Source of the DNA: Lingula anatina
Taxonomy: Eukaryota > Animalia > Brachiopoda
NCBI GenBank assembly: GCA_051362555.1
Contig: CM120640.1
Location: forward strand, 17,608,001-17,672,000
DNA length: 64,000 nucleotides
Direction: 5' to 3'
The first letter of the stretch is position 1, and the number at the start of each line of letters is the position of its first letter. The notes below the pieces were generated by a model, which saw only the letters and a program-made list of their open reading frames with translations, was not told the origin of the DNA and did no database searches. A program made the translations under genes and the position numbers. Of this stretch, positions 47,982-61,893 are shown one piece after another.

Positions 47982-50900
47982 ATGGATTTCGCTTCAAAAT
48001 ACGTATATGACTACGAGAATTCTGATGAAGAATGTGTGTCAGAAGACGAACTTGAACATGGAATGACACTGAGGTAAATAATTAACACGGAATGTTTAAC
48101 ATATCTGACCCCCAGCTTACAGGAATGCAAAGCTTTGGGAGGGCGTCGTGTGATTTCAAATTGAGTATTGTTTACTATTTTATTTTGATGCCAGTTTACT
48201 TGTTTTGTTGCCGTTTCCTCGTAGTTTGGTCGGTGGTTTTATCAAGATTTCAAATTACTAGCCACCGGTGCTTGTTTTTATAATGTATCATATCAACCCA
48301 CAAGACTTCATATGAGCAGAATACACTGTACTTGCATAGCATATTATGTTAATGCATATTGTACTACCATGTAGTACTTGGCACTTGTCCATAGATTTAC
48401 AATGTATAGGGTGTTTTTATCTCGGGGAATTCCGAAATTACAGTTTCAGTCTGCAGCACACACCCATTTATTAGTAGATTTATATGTAGGCTCTACTCTC
48501 GGGGAATTCCCAAGATAGCAGTTTGTCTGCAGCTCACACCCATTTATTGGTACATGGAATCAGATGTACATGTACATGTAGTAGTAGGCCTAGCTCCTAG
48601 CTCTCTTGAAAATGTTAAATCATGAAAGTGAAGATAGTTAGCCATGTAGCCTTTTCTGGGTAAAAACCCTCAGTCTGTATACTGGTACTGCCGCACCAGT
48701 ACAGTGTATAACTAATGGAGGTGATTTAATGAGTATAAGACAAATAAAGTGTACAGAACTAAAAGTTGAAGGCTGCATACCACATTTGTCCAAGCACTGT
48801 GTTACACGTAAACGTAGTTTTACAACATATTATGCATAATTTCCAAAAATTTAATGAACGTTAGGATGACTTACTAGAAATGTATTCCTTTAAAACAAGA
48901 AGTGCTTGAACTATTATGACATACATTATGTATACAGGATGACTGCTACATGATTCTGTTAACAATTTTCATACCTCAGCAATGAGCAAGAAAGAAATAA
49001 TGTGTGAAATTTTAGTGAATCACAATGGATAGCTTTAAGTAATAGCCTTTGAATTCTTAGGTTTGGGACATTTCTTTAACCACAGCTGTAATTTTTCAGT
49101 GATGATGAAAGTGATTATGATGAGCTTGCTCCCAGAGCTGTAGCAGCAGCTGCTGTTGCCTATGATAATGTTGGTGAAACTCCAAAGGACCCAGTGGTGG
49201 CAGATGCAGCTGTATATGATAACGCGGAAGAGCAGAGATATGAGGAGATACCTGGTAATGACGGTAACATGTATACAGTGTACTAGGTCTGATGATAATT
49301 TTAGGACTTATTACACCAGTTGCAAGCTGTCACATCTCGTATGTAACATCTGATGTGACATTATGCAACTATGTAGGACAAAAGGGGCGTTTTATGTGAG
49401 GTACCTTGAAAATAACGATTTAAGCACATTTAATAAGTTACAATCACATTAAATAAAAGCATTAAATTGGCTGTCAGTATGATACAAGTTATATTCACAT
49501 GGTCTGTTTAGACAAGATATAATTAAGTTAATTTGATATCAAACTTTAACTTTGTCATATATGAAGGGGCATATCATTGTTTATTTATTCAATTACGTTT
49601 TATTTAAAGATGGTTCTTTTGATTTCTAGGAGGTGGCCCTCCATTGGCAGGTGGAGCCCCACCCCCTCCTCCACCCCTACCCCCGAGGTCTGGAGGATTT
49701 TTCTCGAGTTTTTTTTCAAGTCTTCGTGGATCTTCTTCAAAACCAAAAGAGCATGCATCTGCTCCTAAACCAGGCCAGCTCAAATCTGAGAAGAAGAAGA
49801 AGAAGATGAGCCATTGGAGGTCTGTGCCTGCAGCAGGTGAGATATGGGATCTTGATTTCATAAATTTCATTATAATGAAAGGTAATCAGGAGGGAATTTA
49901 AAATGCCTCCTTTTTTCCAGTATTTTACTTTCGTACATTTCATTATTTTTTTAGACACTCATAACATTCTCTTTCTGACATGAAGCAAACAAATTTTACA
50001 AAACTTAAAAAATTTCATAGCAATAAGGGGCTTGTCTTATAACAGGCAGTCATGTGGATTAGAAAATGAAGAAGCAAAAGTGCATCAATAAATTAAACTT
50101 GAGCTAGCCATGCAAGCCACAATTACATCTCCCTCATGAATGTATCCTCATCATTACAGGTGTAACACAGGCCAATGTTCAAGGGAAGAAATTCAGACGA
50201 GCCGACACTAATGTAGTCTCTATCAAATTCCAAACATTGACATCTCCCAGCCACATGCACACAGGGGACCCAGTGTCTTGCAGCAAGTGCCAGGCTCTTC
50301 TGTCCCATATCAGCAAATTGCATAATCAGGGAGAGGACCAGGTTAGTGTTTGGAAAACTCAGATCTCTCACATATACATATATGTCAGTTATATGTGCGA
50401 CACATTTGGATTGTACAAATGTATTGACTAAGGGAACCACTCGTGCTTCACCATTAGTTGAGAATTGAGTGGGTTCAATTAAGTGGGTAACAAGGTCCAC
50501 TTTTTCACATAAAAAGACTTCCCCTTTTTAGAAGAAAATAACAAACCTCCTTGATACAACAGAGGACATGCATTAAATGAAGGAATCATGCACAAAAATG
50601 ACCAGGTCTTTTATGCCATTTCCGTCTTGTTTCCTCAGGTGTGGACGTGTGAATTCTGTGGGGAGGGTAACATTGTGGACCTGGTGCCAGAGGAGATGCC
50701 ACAGAAAGAGGACGTAACCTATATGATCCAGCCAGCTCCAGTGACCACGGCCAGTGGGAAGTCTGGGGCTGACGAGTCTGTGGTCATATTTGTAGTGGAC
50801 ACTTCTGGCAGTATGTGTGTTACGACTGAGGTACAGTGGGTGATACTACATATGCTATTGTATATATGTATTCTTTTTACACATGTATATTTTGCCTTTT

Positions 50901-52281
50901 TGCAAGTATGATATTCAATTGATATTGGAATTGAAATATTTGCTTCTAGTTAATTGCCAGTTATTGGGAAGAGACAAAAATGCTTTAGTTTTTAACTGAA
51001 TGTTCTTGATTTTGGTGAAGTTTTAAAGTATTAAAATATGATTTATTAACTGGAGATTTGATAGTCTTTCTGCGTGTTCCAGGTTCCAGGTAAAGTAAAC
51101 TTGCGTGGTAGAGAGCGCCTGAGTAGACTTCAGTCATTTAACGAGCGTCATGAAGACCAGCATCTCCCCGGTCAGCGCCATAATGTGACCTATGTGTCCA
51201 GACTACAGGGTGTCCAGGCAGCAGTGGCACATCAGCTGGCCGAGTTAGAAAAGGACCATCCGAACCGTAGGGTGGCTCTTATTGAATTCAACAATGAGGT
51301 GAGTGATGTCATGTTCTGTAACACCTTGCATGTATCAAGGTAAACCACCCTCTCCGTCTCATTCTCACACTGTCATGCCATTCTCTCAGCACTGTTATGT
51401 CATCCTATTAGCACTGTCTTGTCACCCCTGGAGTGCTGTGACTGTGAACTGTGATCACACTAACAAGCTTTTGTCACAAAACACTATCACACCTAACACA
51501 CTGTCATATTCTCTCAGCAGATGGCTGTGATATGAACCCTTACTATTAGTTAAACTGTCACTCTTAACCTTTCACATCCAACATTCACTTCCACAAACAC
51601 TACATTGTCCCGTAATCAGATTTTGCTCATTTTCCAGTGATTTAATTACCATATTTCAGGTGACAGTGATAGGAGATGGCTCTGGAACCCCCATTACAGT
51701 AACCGGGGACAAGCTGACATCCAAAGATGCCCTAGTTGACATAGCCTCTGACCTTCAGCTACCAAAGAATGTCAAAGATACAAGGCAGAACTTGGACAAA
51801 AAAGTGTTTGAGTGTGTCTGATTGGATAAACACGTTTCTTTAGTAAAAATGATTTTATGATTTATCATGCTGAAATCATTTCTAACAAAAGGGAAAAAGT
51901 ATAATTTGTCTCCATTTGTATTGTTTTGAGACAAAAGGGAGCTCAAGTTCTTATGATGAATGATTTCATATATATCTTTTCTAGCCTTGAGGAGGGAGGA
52001 GGCACAGCTCTTGGACCAGCACTGTTAATAGCTGTCGCCATGGCATCCAAATACACGGCCTCCAAGGTGATCATATGCACAGACGGCATGGCCAATGTGG
52101 GCCTGGGGAGACTGGATGAAGAAAATAGCCAGGAGGCCGCAGAGGAGTTCTATACAGAGGTTGGACAGATGGCTGTTGACAAAGGGTGAGGATACTTTAT
52201 CAAAATATGTTGAACATGCCATAGATATTTATCCAAGAGTGTTGTATTGGGAATATTGAAATTTCTGACAGAGTGATGGTG

Positions 52282-52317
<36 letters not shown>

Positions 52318-55300
52318 GTAATAGCATTACTAAAACAGATTGTTATCCTAGCCTTGCACTTTTTCTGTTTTGTCTGGCACCTCAAATGATGGCATTTAGT
52401 ACCTGCATGGTCTTTTTAAAGTTATTTTTTCAGTGGATAACGATATTAATTGTAACACTTTGTTTTCTGTCAAGAGTGATTGTTACTGGTACAGACCAAG
52501 AGAATACTTGATCCTCAACAAGTTTTATTATTTTTTACTGTGTAATCGAACTCTGTTTGTGTATGCATGCATTTATGTGTGTAAAATTCCATACAGAACA
52601 GGAGACTTCTATATTGTATCCCCTTACATTGTGTTTAGTGTTGGTGTCTCTGTGATCACAATCAAGGGGACAGATTGCAAGCTGGTAGAACTGGGGAAAG
52701 TGGCAGACACCACAGGAGGACAGGTAAGATGGAGCACCTGAATTAACCCTGTGTCCATTACATGTGGTTACAGGTATAGGAACATAAGATTTTACTCATA
52801 CTATATCAGTATATATAAATATTTGTATCACCAGGATGTGGTTTATTTAACATCAGTGGGTGTGCTTGTAGAACTGCACCTAAAAGTCAAGAGAATCTTT
52901 AGCCAAAAGTTAATGATTTCCAACACATGCCTGTGTACAGTTGGTGGCCCTGCATGCTCTGTAAAGAATGGCCTACTTTCCCTTTTATACCACATGATAG
53001 TGAACCATTGAAATATTATTTGTTGTATTTAATGTATGATAACAATGTTATTACGACATATCCTTAATTTTAATTGCCATGTTGTAGGTGAACATAGTAG
53101 ATCCACTAAAACTTACCCAAGAGTTTGGCAGTATTTTGGCAGATCCTATCATTGCAACAAATGTCACGGCTACGTTTATTCTTCACAAGGGCTTGTAAGT
53201 ATAACATTTGCCATTTAAGTTTCAGATCATGTTTGAAATTATTTTAAAACTAGATTGCTGCTTATTTAATTATACTGCGTTCACTAATGTCCGCAAGAAT
53301 AATCTTAGGTGAATCCAAGTTGTTGTTGAATTGCAGAAACTTCAAAGGAGCTGAATTATCGTGTCCTGTCCTAGTATTTGGTAATATTTACATCTTAAGC
53401 TGGATTGTATATATCTCTGTTTCATACATCATGTGTTTTGTCAGAGAGTACAATATTTTCATGCAGATATATACGTGATGAAGAGAGCAAAGAGAGCAGA
53501 GCAACAAAGTTTATTGGGAATGTGACCGCTGACACAGAGGTTACCTTCGAGTATGGAGTGAGGCATCAGAAAAAGCAGAAAAAGGAAAAGAAAAATGAAG
53601 AAGAAGGCAAGGAAGAAGGTAAAATTTATGGCAGTTGTTAGACTTTGAATTTGAAAAAAAAACTGTAATGGTTTGACAATGCCTCACTGATGAAGGTTCA
53701 TACAAGGGGCTACATGTATTTGCTTTGGAAACAGTGAAAATGAAATCTTCACCTGGGCTCACTATGAGATTTGAAAATGAAATCTTCACCTGGGCTCACT
53801 ATGAGATTTTAAATATGAACTTAGGTTTAGCCATATGCTAAACATGAGAATCTCAGTGAGATTGGTAATACTGCAGTATATCTATCTGTTGTGCATCAAT
53901 TTTATACTAGATTTGGTTCAAAAGTATTTTCTTCTTACTTTTGATAAATTCAAATATACTAGTGAATCTATATCCAAGGTTCAAAATAACATTTTACCTT
54001 AATTACATAATACATTGGCTTTTTTCATGCCACAGAAATATTCAAATTTATGTCTGAAGTCAAGTTCAAGAAGAATGTATTTTCCCTTTGTATTTCATAA
54101 TACAGTGGCTGACGCCCAGGTGACCACAGAAAAAACAGAATCTGAAGCAGGGGCTGAAGTTGGAGCAGAAGCAGGACCTAAAGTTGAAGCAGGAGCAGGG
54201 GCTAAAGTTGAAGCAGAAGCAGGGGATGAAGTTGGAGCAGAAACAGGGGCTAAAATTGGAGCAGAAGCTGGTCCCAGTACAGGTGACGCTGGGGTAGGAG
54301 ACCTCTCAGAACTGCCTTTCCAGTTACAGATCAAATACACAGACCTAGAGGGCTCTCAAGCCATGAGAGTCCTCACCCAAAGCAAACCCATCACAAAGGA
54401 CAGGAATGTGGCAGAGAGAGGTTGGTGACATTGTGTTAGTTGTGACTGACTGGTCAAGTAAACATGGTGTTTTAGGTGTATCCAGGTGGTCACTGTTTGC
54501 CCATGACAGACTATATTGCGTGTATACAGGGATTAAGTGTAAGAGGACTACAGATTTAAATCTCAAAAGGAATGTGTACAATTTTAAAACAAAGTTTCTA
54601 TCTAGCTTTTTTAGAATTATTTTCTCAATATTATTTAGATTTAAAAAAAAAAGAGTTAAGATGAATGGCTCGGGTCCCTTTTAATGACTTCAGTGTCTCC
54701 ATTTCAGAAATGAACCTGCAGGTGATAGGTGCTCACACAGCGCAGACGACGGCACGCTTGGCACTCCAGGGGGATTACACCGCCTCCAGACTGAACGCAT
54801 TCACAAAGCAGAGGCTTGTATCCAGGCACACGTGAGTCTAGATAACAGTCATCTAAGTGTCAAGAGATGTTAGACTAGCACTTGTGTCTGTTTGCTTGTA
54901 TGATGTATTGATCCCAGATAATAGACAGTGCTTTGAGCAAAGTGGGATCTGATGTAGATGTTAATGGTTATATTTGTTTTTGTCTTGATATTAATTCAGT
55001 GCAGCTGTAAAACTTGGTGTTGCTAGGTAACTGTGAGAGATGATTTTTTTTTCTTCAAGGAAAACCAATACATCAGCAAGGGCAGCCTACAGACAGTTCT
55101 TTTGTAATATAGCACCTATAGAGCAGACTGTCAATGCACAGTTACAGGTAATGAAACAAAATGTTGCATGTCCCATCACTTCACAAGATACAGTATGTGC
55201 TCAGACCAATTCAGATTTTTTTTTATATCTGTAACACAAATGTGGCCTTATGTCCCACGTGTTTCATCACTTCATGTCAATAAAGTGTGAGTGTAGATTG

Positions 55301-55904
55301 TCTTGAACATCACGTCCATCTATATTTCTTGACGCCTGCTACATATATATATTTTTTTCTTCAGTCTGAGAGGCAGCTGTATGGTGGCAGCACCCACAGT
55401 GATGATGAGATGGACGAGGTGTCTGAGGTGGCAGAGGCATGCGTTAGTGCACCCCCAAATCTAGGCAATAAAAAGGGGAAAAAGGGACTTAAAAAGGTAT
55501 TTTTTGTGATTTAGAATTCTGAAATTGTTTAAGATCTATGGGGTGTTATTCATATTAATAGGAATAGCAATCGTTGTTGTTGTTACTGTGAATGTAAGTA
55601 ATGATGGAGCATTTCTGAATGTGTAAGAAGTAAAGAATTAAGAGTCATTTGTGAAAGTATTGTATTCGTAAACATGCTGCCACTGATTTATAAAGGGTGG
55701 TTTTGGTTGGTGGGGGTTTCAACTAATTTTAAGAGTCAGGGATTTTACACTTTCTAAGAAATTTTGACTTGAAGTTATTGAAATTGTATTTGATTTCAGT
55801 TGAAGAGCCGCAAAGCAGAATGTAATGATGCACTGTATGAACAGTTGTTCAAAGCACAGCGTTCCAAATCTGAGGCTTTCAGCACACCAAAGTCTGATGG
55901 TTAA
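47982..55904 (+). CDS. Sec23/Sec24-type zinc finger + VWA domain protein (circularly permuted Ras protein 1-like, no Ras domain seen), ~834 aa, 16 exons
   Basis: Exons 47982-48073; 49100-49254 (alternative donor 49263); 49630-49836; 50160-50341; 50639-50830; 51083-51298; 51660-51811; 51985-52185; 52639-52723; 53088-53194; 53467-53618; 54106-54420; 54708-54831; 55060-55147; 55365-55496; 55800-55904(TAA), all phase-consistent. Motifs: MDFASKYVY, GDPVSCSKC...WTCEFC, VVDTSGSM, GGTALGPAL, IICTDGMANVGLG, TGGQV. AATAAA at 56483. Confidence 0.9.
53735..53808. repeat. Perfect 37-bp tandem duplication (intronic)
   Basis: tgaaaatgaaatcttcacctgggctcactatgagatt x2. Confidence 0.9.
54143..54270 (+). repeat. 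Coding minisatellite encoding (EAGAxVxA)n
   Basis: About 5 imperfect 24-bp units gaagcaggggct(g/a)aagttg(g/a)agca within exon 54106-54420. Confidence 0.8.
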
Positions 55905-56734
55905 ACATTACAAATGGATCATTTTCTTTGTACATCCCTTGAAAATTTAAAACATTGTTTCTAATGTTTGTGTTATATGCAGTGGTTACATAACATTACC
56001 CTTAGCCATTACCTAAATTGATTCGGGTAATTGGTCTAGGATGGACAAAAGATTTTTACATGCTTTCGCCTCCATCTTCTTGATTTTTTTTTATTCACTT
56101 GTACATCAGTTATTGTACAAACATTGTTGAACTAAAATAGTTGTGAAAATGAAACTACATGTGACTATGGATGTAGGATAAATGTCAATAACCAGCCATT
56201 TTATGGATAAAAGCATTTTCATGTAACACTCCTGATAATACTTTAATTATGTCGATTGTTCTATTTACTACATGTTATTGAATTAGCCTTATTATTGTGT
56301 ACTCTTTGTTAAATGTTTTTCCTGTTATCATTTGGTGCATGTGGTAATTTAATTGTAATTGCTATCTTTCTGTTTAACATAAAGAGTATTTGAAATAATT
56401 GTTAGATCAAGATGATCTATTTTAGATGTTATATTACCCACTTACTGTGATTTTTAAGATTATCCTCTATTGAAAATGCATTAATAAAATTGTCTTTTGA
56501 GTTTTTTAATACACAAACGTAGTTAGTTGTCTCTTATTCTGATCACGTTATAATCATTTATTTATTTATCATGATTAAAGTCCATTAACCTTTGTAAACT
56601 GACAGCAATAAGTTGGTTTATCCTGACTAAAGGCTTTATACGGACCACCCTGCATATGTACGTCTAGGTAACGAAAGAAGTCGCCAGAACGGGAAAAGCT
56701 TAACAAAAGCAAGTTTATTGTTGGAACAATTGTC

Positions 56735-59560
56735 TTTTTATGTACAGACACAGATGTGTCTGTACATATTGCCATCACCTGCGTCTGTCGTCGCCGTCGC
56801 CGATGGCGATGCCGATGCCGATGCCGTCGCCGTGCACTTTCCTTGTAAACACGATAAGTGGAAGGCAGTTTTACTTTTTGGCTTTATATTTACAGAGCTG
56901 ATGAATATTCATAAAACGCAGGTCAAGTTCGAAAATCAGCATGATCGGGCCATTATTGTAGAAGTTATGCTGTTTTTTCACTTTTCAGCATATATGCAAC
57001 CTTGTAAACACATTTAAAGGAAAACCGTTAGGCCTGTTGTCATGACACTCACAGGAATAATCAATCTTACTAAAACGCAGGTCAAGTTTGAAAATCAGCA
57101 TGATCGGGCCACTATTTTAGTAGTTATGCGGTTTTTTCATTGTTCAGCATATATGCAACACTGTAAACACAATATAAGAAAAACAGTAAGCCCAATTGTC
57201 ATTAAACTCACAGGAATGGTCAGTCTTACTAGAACGCAGGTTGAGTTCGAAAATCAGCATAATCGGGCTATTATTTTAGAAGTTATGCTGTTTTTTCACA
57301 TTTCCTCAGATTTCCTCAGATTTAATTCTTAGGCATGTTAATAGCCTTATTATTTAAGTAATAAGATACGTAAAAGTGTTTGTTTGACATTTCCTGCATC
57401 TTTACAACATTGTTAGTTGATTATGTAAAAATGATGGTAAACTTGTTATCGTGTATTGTGTAATAAAGTTTCAAAAATGGAAATAAACTCATATCATTGC
57501 AGTTTGTCAGATTCAATCATTCACTATGTTCAGAATCTCAGAATGGAAGAAATTGGACATTTAACACTGTTCTATTGATATTTTTCACATCTCATCAATT
57601 TTCTTAGTTTATCATATAAAAATGGCAGTAACCTATTAATTTTGTTTTATGTTAAAAAAGTGTTAAAAATGGAAATAAACCCATTTCAGAACAGTGCAGT
57701 CTTGTTTACATTTTGGCATTTTGAAGGTGTGACTTTGAAGTTCCATCGGCCTAAAAACCTTTGTTAGTCACGTTTACTATTTGTCCATGATACTAATATT
57801 TTATTATTAAAAATTGATGATCATTATGCTGTTAAACATTATGTAATATTGCATCAAAATTTGAAAAAAACCTATTTTGGGCACTGCTCCCATGATGACC
57901 ATTTAAGAAAAACCATGTCACTTACTGTTCTCAAACAGTACAGTTAATATGTACAGATGTGTCTGTACATATTGCCATCACCTGCGTCTGTCGTCGCCGT
58001 CGTTGCCGTCACTGTCTCTGTCGTCGGCGACATGCACTTTCATTGTAAACACGATAAGTGGAAGGCAGTTTTACTTTTTGGCTGTATATTTACAGAGCTG
58101 ATGAATATTCATAAAATGCAGATCAAGTTCGAAAATCGGCACTATTTTAGTAGTTATGCTTTTTTTTTCACTTTTCAGCATATATGCAACACTGTAAACA
58201 CAATATAAGAAAAACAGATAGGCCAATTTTCATTAAACTCACAGGAGTGGTCATTCCTGCTAAAACGCAGGTTGAGTTAAAAAATCAGCATAATGGGGCC
58301 ATTATTTTAAAGAAATGCAGTTTTTTCACATTTCCTCAGATTTAATTCTTAGGCATGTAAACAGTTTCATTATTGAACTAATAAGATACGTAAAAGAGTT
58401 TGTTTGGCATTTCCTGCAATTTTACAACATTATTAGTTGATTATGTAAAAATGATGGTAAACTTGTTATCGTGTATTGTGTAATAAAGTTTCAAAAATGG
58501 AAATAAACTCATATCATTGCAGTTTGTCAGATTCAATCATTCACTATGTTCAGAATCTCAGAATGGAAGAGATTGGACATTTAACACTGCTCTGTTGATA
58601 TTTTTCCCATCTCATCAGTTTTCTTAGTTTATCATATAAAAACGGCAGAAAACTGATAATTTTGTTTTATGTTAAAAATTGTTAAAAATGAAAAAAAAAA
58701 CATTTCAGAACAGTGCTGTCTTGTTTACATTTTGGCATTTTCAAGTTGTGACTTTGAAGTTCCATGGGCCTGAAGACCTTTGCTAGTCACATTTTCTGAA
58801 TATCCATAATACTAATATTTTATTATTAAAGTTTATGGTCATTATGCTGTTAAACATTATGTAATATTGCATCAAAATTTGAAAAAAAAAAACTATTTTG
58901 GGCACTGCTCCCATGATGACCATTTAAGAAAAACCATGTCATTTACTGTTCTCAAACTTACAGGAAAGAAACATGGGACTAAAATACAGCTTCAGTAGGA
59001 AATACAGTCTGTTTGGTAATTCTTGCTGCCAGTTAAACAGTTATTTTGTGAAAATTTAATTTTTCACATATTGGCATTTTCAAGGTGTGACTTTGAAGTT
59101 CCACGGGCTTGAAGACCCATGCTAGTCACATTTTCTGAAAATCCATGATACGTATATTTTATTATTAAAATTGAGTTATTATGCTGTTAACCATTATGTA
59201 ATATTGCATCAGAATAGAAGAAAACACAATTTTGGGTGCTGCTGCCATGATGACCATTATGGGAAAACCATGTTACTTATGATTGCCAAACTTTCAAAAA
59301 AGAAATACAGGACTAAAATGCAGTCTGAGTTGGAAAAGCAGTCTAAGGAACTTCTTTTTCTGGAAGTTATACATTTTCAAAGTGTAAACTTGTCACATAT
59401 TTTAATTACATTGGTATTACCTGTTGAGGATAATTAAAATTTGATGTTGAATTTGCAGTTTAACATAATGTATTTTTGCATCAGAATTGACAGTAGCCTA
59501 TTTTGTGCATAGTTATTTCCTGTTTTTTGTCTGTACATTTGACAGCTTTGCTGCCTTGTT
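56735..59560 (+). mobile_element. Helentron-type HINE, head-to-tail dimer with internal subrepeats
   Basis: 5' hairpin atgtacagacaca-ga-tgtgtctgtacat (56740-67; perfect 12-bp stem), (gtcgcc)n microsatellite, second 5' end at 57949 with ~1 kb duplicated, 3' subterminal IR tgtctgtacat (59528-38), 3' stem-loop gacagc-ttt-gctgcc, T-rich flanks. Confidence 0.82.
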
Positions 59561-60836
59561 TATAATTATTAAGTATTATTATTTTGCATGGATTTTTATG
59601 ACGTACGCCCCAAACCACATTTTTGTTTTACTTTATATTTGTTAGTATTACTTTATATTTGTTAGTAGTTTTGTTTAATGAAAATGCTTGTGATTTCTGT
59701 TGACTGTCTGTGTGTGCCGGTGCAACGTGACAGAGAGTTCCCCATAACACAGTCTGCTTCCCGTTCATTTGTACAGACGAGACTTGCCCTAGATTTTGAC
59801 CCACTTAGATCAGACTAACCCTAACCATTATAACTATATGAAGGGCGGACTTTCTGTTATACGGATCCTCAGTTTCGTTACGCCGGCTTCAGTATTTAGT
59901 TTTTTTAATGAGATTTTTAAAGAACTTCTCAACGGAATGTATATGAAGACCATTGTATGATCAACGTGGTTATTGTCATTGTTACTTTGTTCCATTTGTT
60001 TGTAATGTATATTTGACAGTTTTTCTGTCTAACTTCCAAGTACATCAAGCCACCCTTCTCTAAAGCACCTTAAGCTTTTGTCACTTAGTTCACTTAAAAG
60101 CTTAAATGAAAAATAAATGAAGTCCAAGTATGTTGGATCTACAATGGCTGGCGATGTAATTTTTTTTTCCAAACCGACAAAACATTTATGGAAAATACAT
60201 GTCATTTTTTTTTACTCGAAAATGTTCAAATACGAGATTTTTCATGAAAAACGTAATATCAAAAATATTTTTCAATTGATTGTTATGCCGATTAGGCTGA
60301 ATCGCCAGATATCATTATTTGATTTCGGAATTAGTCTCTAAGTTACCGTATTGTTTAACAAGTGTTGTCCAGAAAATATTTACTCTGCGGCTTTGAATTG
60401 GTTGACTTGTATTATCGGTATAACAGCGGGCGAGGCAGTTCGTCAGTTTCAGGAAAGATAGTGGACGGAGAAAATCTTAGGAATAACGAAATAAATTTTT
60501 AAAGCGCATCAGGTATGTTTGTTTTGGAGATTCTTATTTAGCGACATTCTGTTTTAACTGGCATAATTAATCAACAACATTCATCTCATATTTATTAAGT
60601 TTTTTTTCTGAAAAGCACTTAAAATAAAGGGAAATATTTATGCATATAACTGATTTGCTGTTCACACTATTAGATAAATGAATTCAACAAAGTAAAAAAA
60701 CAGTTTTACAATTAGCCTGTACAGTTAATTTGCATTACAATGTTATTTTAGTTACCAAGTCCCGTCTTTTTGGCCTTTCGTTGTGAATATTTACTTTGCG
60801 TTAATTCTTTAAAAAGTTTTTATTTCAGTTTTTAGG

Positions 60837-61141
60837 ATGGAGCAGAAATCAGTGGTTGTCACACAACCTGGTCACGTGGGGGCCCCTCATATGCCACAAA
60901 ACGTCCGCTCTTGGTCTACAGGACTCTGTGGCTGTGGTTCCGACTGTAAAAGCTGTAAGGAATTCCTCCTGTACAATATTTCATAAAAAAGACTGTAATT
61001 CATCACTTTTTCTTTTGTATTTGCCTTAAACACTAGTGTTCGTTAGTCGGTTCCCACATGTTCCTCTGTAATCATTTTTTCCATGTCATCATTTTTCTCT
61101 GTCATCAGATTTCATATTATTATGTTTTTGTGATGTGAAAA

Positions 61142-61185
<44 letters not shown>

Positions 61186-61893
61186 GGTGATATTGAGAGG
61201 GGACGTGAAAAGGACAGAGACAGAAAGAGATAAGTAGATAGAGACACGTGGGCCTAAATGATTGTACGTACAGGTACACGCACCTACTTAAAACAATCTT
61301 CTTTGTAGGCTGCTGTGCCATATGCTGTTTGCCCTGCATGCTCTGCTCCTTGGCTACACGCATGGATGAGAACTGCTGCCTGCCATTCTGCTGTGGACCA
61401 CCCGGCATTGCCGCTATGAGGACAAAGCTTAGAACCATGCATGGGATAGAGGTAACGCCACACTTGAGCAAATTCAGTAACTGAATACATTTTGGTAGAA
61501 AAATTAGTATCGGTTTCAAGTTAATATTTTATGCCAAAGGTACCAAATATATAATACGCGTCCGACCTTTATATTAAGGCAAAACAAAATTCCATGAAAT
61601 CACGTTTCCATCTCATTTAGGTCAGCGCCTAAAAATACCGTGAAATTTTCTAACATTGTATGCCTTGAATGACGGTCCTAACAAGATTACCTTGTTGAAC
61701 AGCTTTAAGTAAGTTACAAAACAAATAACACGTGCCAGGCGAATACAGCACGTACTGTGGCATAGTTGACATTTTACGCACGTGTCCAAATTTCTTTCAG
61801 GGATCTATTTGCGGCGATTTATGTGCCACAGGGCTTTGTGGATTGTGCGTGGCTTGCCAGCTGTCCAGAGAGATGGACCACGTTGGGATGTAA
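60837..61893 (+). CDS. PLAC8/cornifelin family Cys-rich protein, 117 aa
   Basis: Exons 60837-60954, 61309-61451 and 61801-61893(TAA), with a non-coding exon ending at 60512 (AG|GTATGT). Motifs: VVVTQP, WSTGLCGC, CCAICCLPC, MRTKLRTMHGIEGSICGD, CQLSREM. Confidence 0.93.
61145..61183. repeat. (TC)n microsatellite
   Basis: Direct reading. Confidence 0.95.

Noticed and set aside
56718-58208. ORFs with repeated TQVKFENQHDRA
   Set aside because: Translations of HINE subrepeats.
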